This document shows, piece by piece, positions 8,155 through 17,353 of a stretch of 64,000 nt of DNA. The DNA lies in IMG/VR virus record IMGVR_UViG_3300031555_001519, positions 1-64,000 of that record; one strand, written 5' to 3'. Made by a program: the position numbers and the translations under genes. How positions within the stretch are numbered: position 1 is the first letter of the stretch; every line of letters begins with the position of its first letter. Below the pieces are notes generated by a model, which was not told where the DNA came from, did no database searches, and was given only the letters and a program-made list of their open reading frames with translations. Source of the stretch: a virus. Taxonomy: Duplodnaviria; Caudoviricetes.

Positions 8155-9372
8155 ATGTTAAAAAGTAGACAAGAATTAATAGCTTTTTTAGAAACAAAAA
8201 GTGAAAAATTAGTATTTAACAACGAGCTTTGCCAAACAATAAGAGAATATATATTAGAAAAATACAAAATACCTACTGGAACAACCATGGATATGATTGC
8301 AAGAGGTATGTTTGATGGACAGACCGAATTCACATTGTTTTGTTTAACAGATGGTATAGATTATGCAACTAATTCTAATTATAAAACAACATTTTTTAGC
8401 GAGATAGAAATTAATCAATATAGTAAAGAAAAAATGGAATCAGGGAAAATTAAGTTCCCTATTGTAATAAAATGCGACAAAGTTGCTGAGGATCAGTGGA
8501 TAGGTGCTAGTAATAGCCAATTCTTCATGGAGCTTCGAAGAGCACAATTAATAAAATATAATGCAAATGCTCAACGTATAATGAAGAAAATCATAAAGGG
8601 TGAGAACATATTATTTAAGATTGTACCTAATAAAATAGCAATTAATGCAATAAGATTCTTAATGCAAAAGAATATGTATATACCAACTGCTATTACATTA
8701 AATATTCCTTATGATTCTAATGCAAACTTTTATTTTGATGAGAAAGCAAGAGAACTTGTTATTAACGAGATAGAATCGTTTGATATATCCGATGGTTATC
8801 ATAGATATCTAGCTATGAGTGAAGAGAGCGATGTAAATGAACAGTTTAATTATCCAATGGAAATTCGCATCATTAATTTCACGGATGAAAAAACTCGTCA
8901 GTTTATATTCCAGGAAGACCAAAAAACAAAAATGGCACGTTCTAATTCAAATACCATGAACTTAAATAGACCTTCCAATAATGTTATTGATAGGTTGAAT
9001 GAAATGGTTACATTTGATTTTAAAGGGCAAATTGGTAGAAATGAAGGAACCATTGATTATGCTGCATTGTCAGATCTTATTGAATATTTCTACTTTAAAG
9101 AGAAGAAAACTTATAGTAATTTAGAAATAAGAAATGTAGCTAATGATTTAAAAGATAAATTTAATGCATTATCTGAGTATAATCCTGAGTATATTAATAA
9201 AGTTATGGGAATAAGAGAATTGGCAATTATTTTCTACGTGTTTGATACTGTAACAGATTTGTCTAAAGCAGTAGTTGTGATTGACGATGCATTAAATAAA
9301 GGAGTAGAAAAAGGTTTTAGACACACTAAGGTTTCTAAACCAATGTTTAATGCTATAAGCAAATTATTATAA
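8155..9372 (+). CDS. DGQHR/DndB-like (ParB-related) protein, at the SPbeta YopQ position
   Basis: ISDGYHR motif; AAGGAGG RBS before ATG 8155. Confidence 0.6.
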   Translation: MLKSRQELIAFLETKSEKLVFNNELCQTIREYILEKYKIPTGTTMDMIARGMFDGQTEFTLFCLTDGIDYATNSNYKTTFFSEIEINQYSKEKMESGKIKFPIVIKCDKVAEDQWIGASNSQFFMELRRAQLIKYNANAQRIMKKIIKGENILFKIVPNKIAINAIRFLMQKNMYIPTAITLNIPYDSNANFYFDEKARELVINEIESFDISDGYHRYLAMSEESDVNEQFNYPMEIRIINFTDEKTRQFIFQEDQKTKMARSNSNTMNLNRPSNNVIDRLNEMVTFDFKGQIGRNEGTIDYAALSDLIEYFYFKEKKTYSNLEIRNVANDLKDKFNALSEYNPEYINKVMGIRELAIIFYVFDTVTDLSKAVVVIDDALNKGVEKGFRHTKVSKPMFNAISKLL

Positions 9373-9385
9373 GGAGGTACGTTTT

Positions 9386-10312
9386 ATGTATAATGAAGAG
9401 ATTAAGAAAAGATATATTATAGAAAAAGAAAGTACCACTTGCACTCCTAAAGATTATTTGTCAAGGCAATTTAATAAAATAGAAGAGTTTGAAATACGAC
9501 TAAATAAAGATATTAGTTGTTTTACTGTATATGAAATAGTTGATTTATATAAGACGTTAAATTTTGCTTCTATTGAATCTTTAACAGTTTTGAATAGTCA
9601 TTTTGCTTTGTATACAGATTGGTGTTTAAGACAAAATATGGTACCTGATTGCCAAAATCATTTTATGGAGATAACTCCGGATGTTGTACGCAGCTGTGTA
9701 AATACAATTGCATTAAAAAAATCTATTGTTACAAGAGAAACTTTATACAAGTGGTTTAATGAATTGGAAAATCCCAGTGATGCTTTTATAATGTTAGCTT
9801 TATTTGAAGGAATCAAAGGAAAAGAATTCTGTGAGATAGTTAATCTCAAAATGTCTGATTTTTCTGGTAATAAGGTAAAATTATGTACAGGTAGAGAGTT
9901 AATTGTATCAGACAAACTTGTTGAATTGGCTAAAAAAACAGATGAAACATTAGAATATTATGCAGTAAAAGCTGGAAGTTTAAAAACATATCGTCTAGAG
10001 GACGAGGGTTATATAATAAAAAATTTTCATAACTGTGAAAGTGCGGTAAGCGATTTCCAAAGGGGAAGAAGAATATATAGCAAACTTATAAGAAGTTTTG
10101 AATATTTGGGTGTTGCAGAATGGATGAAACCCAATTCTTTGGTAGAGAGTGGAAAGATTGAATATATTAATACTAGAAGTAAAGAGTTAGGTATTACTGG
10201 TAAAGAGTTTATTTATTCGGAATATGCAAGTGAAATAATGCATAGATATGAATATAATATGCCAAGACTTAGAGCACCATACTATAGTAAATTTGGAGAG
10301 TACCTAACATAA
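9386..10312 (+). CDS. MrpR/YopR-like repressor (degenerate tyrosine-recombinase fold)
   Basis: MYNEEIKKRY start and LALFEGIKG..EIVNLKMSDF integrase-like box lacking the catalytic Arg and HxxR; synteny with SPbeta yopP-yopQ-yopR. Confidence 0.6.
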   Translation: MYNEEIKKRYIIEKESTTCTPKDYLSRQFNKIEEFEIRLNKDISCFTVYEIVDLYKTLNFASIESLTVLNSHFALYTDWCLRQNMVPDCQNHFMEITPDVVRSCVNTIALKKSIVTRETLYKWFNELENPSDAFIMLALFEGIKGKEFCEIVNLKMSDFSGNKVKLCTGRELIVSDKLVELAKKTDETLEYYAVKAGSLKTYRLEDEGYIIKNFHNCESAVSDFQRGRRIYSKLIRSFEYLGVAEWMKPNSLVESGKIEYINTRSKELGITGKEFIYSEYASEIMHRYEYNMPRLRAPYYSKFGEYLT

Positions 10313-10324
10313 TTTAGGTACTCT
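10297..10324 (+). terminator. Stem-loop at the end of the repressor operon
   Basis: AGAGTACCTAA/TTAGGTACTCT 11-bp inverted repeat. Confidence 0.5.
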
Positions 10325-10338
10325 TGCATAAAGATTAA

Positions 10339-10396
10339 ACTTAATAAAATTAAACGCAGAACAATATTGACAATCTGAGGGGGATTGTTATAAAAT
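10339..10396 (+). promoter_or_regulatory. 17-bp motif plus promoter
   Basis: ACTTAATAAAATTAAAC then TTGACA (10367) and TG-n-TATAAA. Confidence 0.55.
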
Positions 10397-10434
10397 AAAT
10401 ACAACTTATTAAAACATTAATTAATAGGAGGAGA

Positions 10435-10698
10435 ATGGAAATGGTCTTAAAATTAGTTGAAAAGGTGAATGAAAAAATTAACAACGGACAGAGTTTACAT
10501 GTGGCTTGTGATTGTGGAGCAAGTCGTATTATGGACGCAGTTGTACCGGATTCAATTAATACAGAAGATGGAATTTATATTGAAGGGGAAAATTTAATAT
10601 TGAATATTACAAATGACAAGGAAATTAATATCGACTTCGATGAAATTGAAGAAGAGTTTATTATACATCAGGGAAGTGTTACTTACTTTTTGTCTTAA
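10435..10698 (+). CDS. Hypothetical protein
   Basis: AGGAGGAG RBS. Confidence 0.7.
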   Translation: MEMVLKLVEKVNEKINNGQSLHVACDCGASRIMDAVVPDSINTEDGIYIEGENLILNITNDKEINIDFDEIEEEFIIHQGSVTYFLS

Positions 10699-10727
10699 CT
10701 AAACTAAATTAAACAAAAGGAGAATGT

Positions 10728-12746
10728 ATGAAAAATAAGATTAATAGAATTAAAGAGTTAACAGAGATATTACATAAGGCTTCAATTGCATATTATCAAA
10801 ATGACAATCCAATTTATACTGATAAGCAGTATGATGATATGTATGACGAATTGGAGCAGTTAGAAAGAGAAATGAATTTGGTATTGGCGAATAGTCCTAC
10901 AAATAAAGTTCAAGGATTTATCTTAGAAGGGTTAGATAAAGTAACTCATAGTAAACCAATGTTATCATCTAATAAAACAAAAGATATTAACGAAATCAAG
11001 AGTTTTATTGGAAGCAGAAGTACTATGGGATCTTACAAATTGGACGGACTCACTCTCGTAACTAGATATTCAGAAGGTAAACTTATTAAAGCTATCACAA
11101 GAGGTAACGGTACGGAAGGCGAAGATGTGACAGAACAGGCAAAGATGATTTCAAATCTTCCTTTAACAATTCCTTTTAATGGTCAGCTTGAACTTCGTGG
11201 AGAATGTGTTATTTCTTGGGATAATTTTAATAAGATTAATGAATCTTTAGAAGTACCTTATTCTCATCCACGTAGTCTTGCAGCTGGAAGTTTAAGAACA
11301 TTAGATACTAATATTACAAGAGAACGTAAACTTGAATATATAGTATTTGAATTAGTAAGTTATAACAATAATGATGCATATAAAACATTTGGTTATAGAA
11401 ATCAGACATTGAATTGGTTAGATTCGCTTGGATTTACAACAGTAGAAAGAGTAAGTATTCCGGCACCTGGATGTGAAACTTCTTTTTGTTTTGAAAATTC
11501 GATGATCTGTACTGATATAAATGAAGTTGTTGATAACATGACTGCTGAAAATAGTAAGTATGCAGTTGATGGATTAATTTTTAATTATGAAAATCTTGAA
11601 TATGCAAAGTCATTAGGAAGTACCTCACATCATCCTTTGGATATGATTGCCCTCAAATGGAAAAATGAAACATATGAAACAGAGTTGTTGGATATTGAAT
11701 GGAATACTACTAGAATAGGTCGTATTAATCCCACTGCAATATTTAAACCGGTATTGATTGAAGGAAGTTCCGTTTCTAGAGCTACTGTACATAATGTGAG
11801 TATTATGGAAGAATTAAGGTTGGGTAAAGGAGATACAATTACTGTATATAAGAGTAATCAGATTATTCCGGCAATTGATGAGAACCTAATCATGTCAGGA
11901 ACATTTATGCCTCCTTCAGTGTGTCCTTGTTGTGGCAAAGATACAGAAATTCATAATGAAAATGGAACTAAGACATTGTATTGTACTAATCCAGATTGTG
12001 AGGCGAAATTATTATCTAAGCTGTCTCATGCAGTAAGCAAGAATGCTTTGAATATTGAAAACATGAGTGAGGCTACTCTTGAGTTTATGATTAATGAATT
12101 AGGTGTGAAGTCAATCAAAGACTTATATCAGATTCCTTTCTATAAAGAAGTATATGAAAGATGGATTGAGACTCCTGGATTCGGAAAGAGAAGTGTAGAT
12201 AAGTTAAGAGATGCGATTGAGAAGAGTAGAAATACTACACTTGAAAGATTCCTTTATGCTCAGAGTATTAACCTAATCGGCAAAACTGCAAGTAAAGATA
12301 TTGCGAAATACTGTAAGGGCAGCGTTGATACCTTCTGTGACATCATGGCAAATGGCAATCAAAGAGAATTCTTATCTATTGATGGCTTTGGCCAGACTAA
12401 GTTCGAGTCACTTAATAATTGGTATGAGAATCATTGGATTGATTTCTTGGCGCTGAAGAGTGAATTCATTTTTAAGGAAGAAACGGAACAGAAGAACACT
12501 GGTGGTGTAGATCTATCTGGTTTGACATTTGTTATCACCGGTTCACTTAACCATTTTACTAATAGAGATGCGTTGGTTGACAAAATTACATCTTTTGGTG
12601 GCAAAGTAAGCGGTTCTGTAAGTGCTAAAACTTCATATTTAATTAATAATGATATAAATAGCTCTACCGGCAAAAATGCCAAAGCGAAATCCCTTGGAAT
12701 TTCAATTATTGCCGAAGAAGATTTCTTAAAAATGATTGGAGAATAA
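10728..12746 (+). CDS. ligA: NAD-dependent DNA ligase
   Basis: YYQNDNPIYTDKQYD, KLDG adenylation motif, TRGNGTEGEDVT, Zn finger CPCC..C..C, C-terminal BRCT. Confidence 0.97.
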   Translation: MKNKINRIKELTEILHKASIAYYQNDNPIYTDKQYDDMYDELEQLEREMNLVLANSPTNKVQGFILEGLDKVTHSKPMLSSNKTKDINEIKSFIGSRSTMGSYKLDGLTLVTRYSEGKLIKAITRGNGTEGEDVTEQAKMISNLPLTIPFNGQLELRGECVISWDNFNKINESLEVPYSHPRSLAAGSLRTLDTNITRERKLEYIVFELVSYNNNDAYKTFGYRNQTLNWLDSLGFTTVERVSIPAPGCETSFCFENSMICTDINEVVDNMTAENSKYAVDGLIFNYENLEYAKSLGSTSHHPLDMIALKWKNETYETELLDIEWNTTRIGRINPTAIFKPVLIEGSSVSRATVHNVSIMEELRLGKGDTITVYKSNQIIPAIDENLIMSGTFMPPSVCPCCGKDTEIHNENGTKTLYCTNPDCEAKLLSKLSHAVSKNALNIENMSEATLEFMINELGVKSIKDLYQIPFYKEVYERWIETPGFGKRSVDKLRDAIEKSRNTTLERFLYAQSINLIGKTASKDIAKYCKGSVDTFCDIMANGNQREFLSIDGFGQTKFESLNNWYENHWIDFLALKSEFIFKEETEQKNTGGVDLSGLTFVITGSLNHFTNRDALVDKITSFGGKVSGSVSAKTSYLINNDINSSTGKNAKAKSLGISIIAEEDFLKMIGE

Positions 12747-12763
12747 GTAAAATTATGATTGAT

Positions 12764-12789
12764 TTGCCGTAGATAAATTTCTGCGGCAA
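12764..12789. other. Intergenic stem-loop after ligA
   Basis: TTGCCGTAGA/TCTGCGGCAA. Confidence 0.5.
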
Positions 12790-12817
12790 TTAATCAAAGT
12801 TTTGATGGAGGATTAAT

Positions 12818-13216
12818 ATGGCACGTTATTATACAGATTTTAAACTAATTGAACAATATCCAAATAAGTATAATCTAACACCAAAAGGAATTAAGAAGTT
12901 AAAAGTTCTTGATTGGGAGAGATTGAAGAAGTATACATGGTACAACAACGCTATGAATAAAACAGGAAGATGGTGGTGTCATCTAGAAGGCTGCCAGCTC
13001 ACAGGTAGTTATAATGATGAAGATGAATTTTGGATCGGATTTGATGAAGAACATAACCGAATTGATTATCATTTTACTAGTTATGGTGGCATGTGTGGTT
13101 ATGTTTTTGATGATTTTTACAAGGAAACTGAGAATAAGTATGATTTACATGTGCAAGTGAACGCAATTAGATATTTAAATAGGTTGATTGATGAAGGTAT
13201 TTTAGGACTAGAATGA
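12818..13216 (+). CDS. Hypothetical protein
   Basis: GGAGG RBS. Confidence 0.75.
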   Translation: MARYYTDFKLIEQYPNKYNLTPKGIKKLKVLDWERLKKYTWYNNAMNKTGRWWCHLEGCQLTGSYNDEDEFWIGFDEEHNRIDYHFTSYGGMCGYVFDDFYKETENKYDLHVQVNAIRYLNRLIDEGILGLE

Positions 13217-13249
13217 ATCAATCAAATTTGATTTTATTGAAAGGAAAAT

Positions 13250-13528
13250 GTGAGTATGGCAACAGAAAAATTAATACGGTACAGATTCAAAACAAAGGCA
13301 GTAGATGATTTTAGACCATTGATTGATATGAAAGAAATCCAAATGCCTTGGTGGTGTACTTCAACAGCAGGTGATGACAGTTATGTGACTATTGTTTGTT
13401 ATCTGCCAAAGGGTGAAGATTTATTCAAGTATTGGGATGATGCGTATGATATTGATTCAGAAGAAGTAGATTGTATTAAATATACAGGCAGATTTCCAAA
13501 ACCTAAATGGATCAGTGAAGGAGAATGA
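13250..13528 (+). CDS. Hypothetical protein
   Basis: ORF with AAAGGA RBS. Confidence 0.7.
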   Translation: MSMATEKLIRYRFKTKAVDDFRPLIDMKEIQMPWWCTSTAGDDSYVTIVCYLPKGEDLFKYWDDAYDIDSEEVDCIKYTGRFPKPKWISEGE

Positions 13529-14052
13529 GCATGACGGAGAATGAAGTTTTTGAAGGAATACATAAAGATTGCGGAAGTTTAGAAATATGCGATTACAAAA
13601 ATACAGGATGTAGTGATTGTATTATTAGACAAACTCTTATAAAAGCAGAAAAAGCAATTGAAGAAATCCAGCAGTACAGAGCTATCGGCACAGTGGAAAG
13701 TTTAAAAGGCTTGCCTGCTATTTGTGATTCATTGGCTGAATCGGGTATGAAAGCTGAAAAATTGATTGAAGAATTAAAGGCATACCGGGCAATTGGCACA
13801 GTTGAAGGATATAAACGAGCAGTTGAAGTGTCTAAAGAAAATTATTATCTATGTGCAGAATATAAGGCAAGATTGAAAAAATTTGAAGCAATCGGCACTA
13901 TTGATGAATTTAAGGCATTGAAGGAGAAGAACGAGCCGAAGAAAGTGAATGAAGATGATTGTTGTCCTATATGCCACACATACGGCAAAGATGATAACGA
14001 AGTAGCCGGAGATTATTGTCCTGAGTGTGGACAGAAACTTGACTGGCAATGA
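13525..14052 (+). CDS. Phage protein with three AIGT(V/I) repeats and a C-terminal zinc ribbon
   Basis: YRAIGTVE twice, FEAIGTID; CPIC..YCPECGQKLDW. Confidence 0.75.
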   Translation: MSMTENEVFEGIHKDCGSLEICDYKNTGCSDCIIRQTLIKAEKAIEEIQQYRAIGTVESLKGLPAICDSLAESGMKAEKLIEELKAYRAIGTVEGYKRAVEVSKENYYLCAEYKARLKKFEAIGTIDEFKALKEKNEPKKVNEDDCCPICHTYGKDDNEVAGDYCPECGQKLDWQ

Positions 14053-14345
14053 AAGGAGAAGATATGGCAGAAGTATTAGAAAAGACTTGTGAAAATTGTG
14101 AGTACGAACATGAAGATATAGAAGGTTCACATTGTAGGCATTGCATCCATAATGCAGAAGAACATTTTGAACCGAAAATCAATCATGAAAAGGAAATCAG
14201 AGATAAGGCTATTGATGAATTTGCAGAAGCATTATATAACAAGTCAACTTTTTTAAAGTTTATTGAAAGTGACGATTACGGAATGCTTCATTTTGAGGAA
14301 GTGTATGAACTTGCAGAGCAAATGAAGGGAGAACAGAATGGGTGA
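14049..14345 (+). CDS. Hypothetical Cys-containing protein
   Basis: CENC..CRHC; packed ORF. Confidence 0.7.
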   Translation: MKGEDMAEVLEKTCENCEYEHEDIEGSHCRHCIHNAEEHFEPKINHEKEIRDKAIDEFAEALYNKSTFLKFIESDDYGMLHFEEVYELAEQMKGEQNG

Positions 14346-14685
14346 TTTGATTAGCAGAAACTCTTTGGATAATTTCTTTTATTCAGAAACCAGTGGAACA
14401 GAAGAAGTGATAGAAGATGCAGTAATGAAATATCCTAATATGGAAATAGAGTATCCTGATGATTGTAGAACATTATGCAAAGATATTATAGAAATGTGCA
14501 GAAATGTTATTAGAACGGAACCAATGGCCTATGATGTGGATGCAGTTGTATCAGAAATCAAGAAGAAATACTGTCAGAAATGCAGAAATATTCTAAGTGT
14601 TGCAGGAGCAGAAGAATATTGCAAAGAGCAGAAATGCAGAATAGACGATATTTGCGACATAGTGAAAAGGGGTGGTGTGGAATGA
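14338..14685 (+). CDS. Hypothetical phage protein
   Basis: MGDLISR..AYDVDAVV pattern typical of small phage genes. Confidence 0.7.
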   Translation: MGDLISRNSLDNFFYSETSGTEEVIEDAVMKYPNMEIEYPDDCRTLCKDIIEMCRNVIRTEPMAYDVDAVVSEIKKKYCQKCRNILSVAGAEEYCKEQKCRIDDICDIVKRGGVE

Positions 14686-15077
14686 AAGAATTTATAGATA
14701 AGCTGATAGAGAGGTTGGAAGAATTAAAAGAACTTCATGCAGAGTTGATAAAAGATGGATTGGAAGAGGATTATCATAGCGGTTGTGAAGGAATGTGCGT
14801 AGATATAATAGAAATAATCAACGAACTTGCAGAGGAATATAAGGTGTCGGAAATGCCGACAGGTTGGATTTCAGTATCAGAGAGATTGCCAAGCAAGGAA
14901 GAATATCAAAAGAGTAATGGACAATTCATTGTTTCAGATGGCAATAGAACTTATGCAACTTATTTTGATATTTATGACACTTTGAAGTTTGGTGAACCAA
15001 CAATGGATAAATTTAAAGTTGATAAGTGTGTTCTTGCATGGATGCCACTTCCTGCACCTTATACGGAAGGAGAGTAG
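14682..15077 (+). CDS. DUF551-like phage protein
   Basis: WISVSERLP..VLAWMPLPAPY; start re-called to ATG 14682. Confidence 0.75.
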   Translation: MKEFIDKLIERLEELKELHAELIKDGLEEDYHSGCEGMCVDIIEIINELAEEYKVSEMPTGWISVSERLPSKEEYQKSNGQFIVSDGNRTYATYFDIYDTLKFGEPTMDKFKVDKCVLAWMPLPAPYTEGE

Positions 15078-15079
15078 TT

Positions 15080-15346
15080 ATGGTAGATTGTAAAAGTTGC
15101 GAATATGAAAATGTATGCGAAATGCCAGATTTTGTGAGAAACAATTTGAAAATGTGCAAAACACATACACCTAAAGTCAAGCAGACCAATGCTGACAGAA
15201 TCCGTAGTATGACCGATGAAGAATTAGCAAGATTTTTTGATTGTGGATTAGGTGATGTTTCTATAAATTTTCATTGCGAAGAATGCGACAATCACCTGAA
15301 TTGTGATGTTTGCTATTTAGAGTGGCTTCAATCAGAAGTAAAATAG
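15080..15346 (+). CDS. Hypothetical Cys-rich protein
   Basis: TNADRIRSMTDEELA motif; AGGAG RBS before ATG 15080. Confidence 0.7.
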   Translation: MVDCKSCEYENVCEMPDFVRNNLKMCKTHTPKVKQTNADRIRSMTDEELARFFDCGLGDVSINFHCEECDNHLNCDVCYLEWLQSEVK

Positions 15347-15356
15347 GAGAGTAGAT

Positions 15357-15521
15357 ATGGATAACAGATGGAGAAACATTTTCAGAGAATTTGTAGCTTG
15401 CTATGAAGCTATTGAAATATTAGAAAGAAATGGTGTTATTCGGGATAATGAAGTGGAAACACATAAATATCAATTGTTGGATAACATTATTGAAGCGATG
15501 AAAAATGAAGTAGAGGAATGA
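15357..15521 (+). CDS. Small hypothetical protein (54 aa)
   Basis: AGGAG RBS, ATG 15357, TGA overlapping the next start. Confidence 0.6.
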   Translation: MDNRWRNIFREFVACYEAIEILERNGVIRDNEVETHKYQLLDNIIEAMKNEVEE

Positions 15522-16435
15522 TTATGGTTAAAATGGTAATGCTCTGCGGCTTGTCAGGTGCCGGTAAGAGTCTATACGCAGAAGAATTAAAAGAAGAAGG
15601 TTATATTATCCATTCTTCTGATAAGATTAGAGAAGAGCTGGGTGATGTAAATGATCAAAGCAAGAATCAAGAAGTTTTTGTTACCTTACATAAAAGGATT
15701 AAAGAGGATTTAAGAAATGGAAAGAATGTTGTGTATGACGCAACAAACTTAAGCCGGAAAAGAAGAGTGGCTTTTCTTAATGAACTGAAATATATTCCTT
15801 GTGAAAGAGTATGTATATTGGTAGCTACTCCTTTTGAAGTATGTTTAGAACAGAATTCAAAGAGAAATCGTATTGTTCCTGAAGAAGTATTGCATCGGAT
15901 GTACAGAAGTTTTCAAATACCTTGTGTTCAGGAGGGATTCGATGACGTTATTATTCATTATCCGAATAAAGAATGGACAGAATATTATGGTGATATTATT
16001 ACATATGTAGATTCATTATGTTGTTTTGACCAGTGTAATCATCATCATGCTTTAACACTTGGAGAGCATATGATAAAAGCTGCAGACTATATGTTGCATA
16101 TTACTGGTAGACATTATAATAGTGCGGTATTGGCTGCATATTCTCATGATATTGGTAAGGTAGATACAAAGGAATTTAAAAATGCAAAGGGAGAATCTAC
16201 GGAAGAAGCTCACTTTCTATATCATCAGAATGTTGGTTGCTATAAGAGTTTATTCTTTTCTTATCCCCAATATGGTGATAAACAATATATTGCTCTATTA
16301 ATTGAGTTGCATATGAACCCATGGTTGGTATGGGAACAGTCTGAAAAGGCAAAACAGAGAGAATTTGAGCTGTTTGGTTCAAAGGTTATTAATGATATAA
16401 TAGCCATTCATGAGTCTGATCTTGCAGCGCATTGA
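15518..16435 (+). CDS. Polynucleotide kinase (P-loop) fused to an HD phosphohydrolase
   Basis: GLSGAGKS, SSDKIR, YDATNL..RR; HD motif SHDIGK. Confidence 0.85.
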   Translation: MIMVKMVMLCGLSGAGKSLYAEELKEEGYIIHSSDKIREELGDVNDQSKNQEVFVTLHKRIKEDLRNGKNVVYDATNLSRKRRVAFLNELKYIPCERVCILVATPFEVCLEQNSKRNRIVPEEVLHRMYRSFQIPCVQEGFDDVIIHYPNKEWTEYYGDIITYVDSLCCFDQCNHHHALTLGEHMIKAADYMLHITGRHYNSAVLAAYSHDIGKVDTKEFKNAKGESTEEAHFLYHQNVGCYKSLFFSYPQYGDKQYIALLIELHMNPWLVWEQSEKAKQREFELFGSKVINDIIAIHESDLAAH

Positions 16436-16438
16436 AAA

Positions 16439-16635
16439 ACTAAATAAAATTAAACAAAAGTATTGACATTTGGTTTTGGATGTGGTAATATACAATTGTT
16501 CCGAGCAGGAACATAAAAAATAAAATTAACTAAATAAAATTAAACAAAGGTATTGACAAATGCAAAATAATATGTTAAGATGTAGTTGTTCCGAAAGGAA
16601 TGTTTAAAAACATATTGAACTAAATAAAATTAAAC
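16439..16635 (+). promoter_or_regulatory. 90-bp-period tandem promoters with 17-bp motif, driving the tRNA cluster
   Basis: Motif at 16439, 16529, 16619; TTGACA-17-TAATAT and TTGACA-17-TAAGAT, both with TG. Confidence 0.75.
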
Positions 16636-16708
16636 AACATACGCAATTAACAAACTTTTGTTGATAAATACCTCCTTTCTAGTTTGGCAGAACTTAAAAC
16701 TGCCATCT

Positions 16709-16779
16709 AGCCCCTTGTTGTAATGGTAGCAAACATGGCTTTGACCCATGAGGCAGAGGATCGTAACCTCTAGGGGCTG
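16709..16779 (+). tRNA. tRNA-Gln(UUG) with atypical T-loop ATCGTAA
   Basis: Acceptor AGCCCCT/AGGGGCT; anticodon arm CATGG-ctTTGac-CCATG. Confidence 0.8.
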
Positions 16780-16873
16780 CTAAGAATATCTAAATGGTAT
16801 TCTTGTGATAATTTTTTCACAACAATCTCCTCTTTAGTGTACAACCGTGCTAGGCGGTTTATCCTAGCGAAAC

Positions 16874-16960
16874 GGAGCATTAGCTTAAATGGTTAAAGCC
16901 ACCGGCTCATAACCGGTAGACCGAGGAGGCATAGTGTAGGTTCGAGTCCTACATGCTCCA
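16874..16960 (+). tRNA. tRNA-Met/Ile2(CAU) with an 18-nt variable region
   Basis: GGAGCAT/ATGCTCC, ACCGG-ctCATaa-CCGGT, GTAGG-TTCGAGT-CCTAC. Confidence 0.8.
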
Positions 16961-17047
16961 TTAAAGTTATATAACTTCCTTCCAAATTATAATAAAAATC
17001 TGTGATATGTTCTTCGTTAGTGGAGATTACAGCATATTACAGACCAA

Positions 17048-17121
17048 GTGCCATTAGCTCAATTGGTAGTAGCACTACACTTTTAATGTAGGGGTTATCC
17101 GTTCAAGTCGGATATGGCACA
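17048..17121 (+). tRNA. tRNA-Lys(UUU)
   Basis: GTGCCAT/ATGGCAC, CTACA-ctTTTaa-TGTAG, ATCCG-TTCAAGT-CGGAT. Confidence 0.9.
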
Positions 17122-17193
17122 TTCGGTTGACATACCGAACCTCCTCAATAATATATGTAATCGGTGGGATGCGCATACCTAAAACGCATATAT

Positions 17194-17275
17194 GGTAGAT
17201 TAGCTTAGTGGTTAAAGCAGTACCCTAAACGGGTATGTAGGTCGCTCCTGACTGGTTCGATTCCGGTATCTACCT
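17194..17275 (+). tRNA. Atypical class-II-like tRNA (loop CTAAACG, apparent anticodon AAA)
   Basis: Perfect acceptor GGTAGAT/ATCTACC, D and T arms present, 14-nt variable arm; identity unclear. Confidence 0.6.
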
Positions 17276-17284
17276 TTTACATAT

Positions 17285-17353
17285 AGGTATCTCATCTAGT
17301 GGATAGGATGTCCCCTCTGAAGGGAATAGATGGGTTCGAATCCCATGATACAC
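17285..17353 (+). tRNA. Degenerate tRNA-Gln(CUG)
   Basis: TCCC-ctCTGaa-GGGA and ATGGG-TTCGAAT-CCCAT; only ~5 bp of acceptor stem. Confidence 0.45.
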
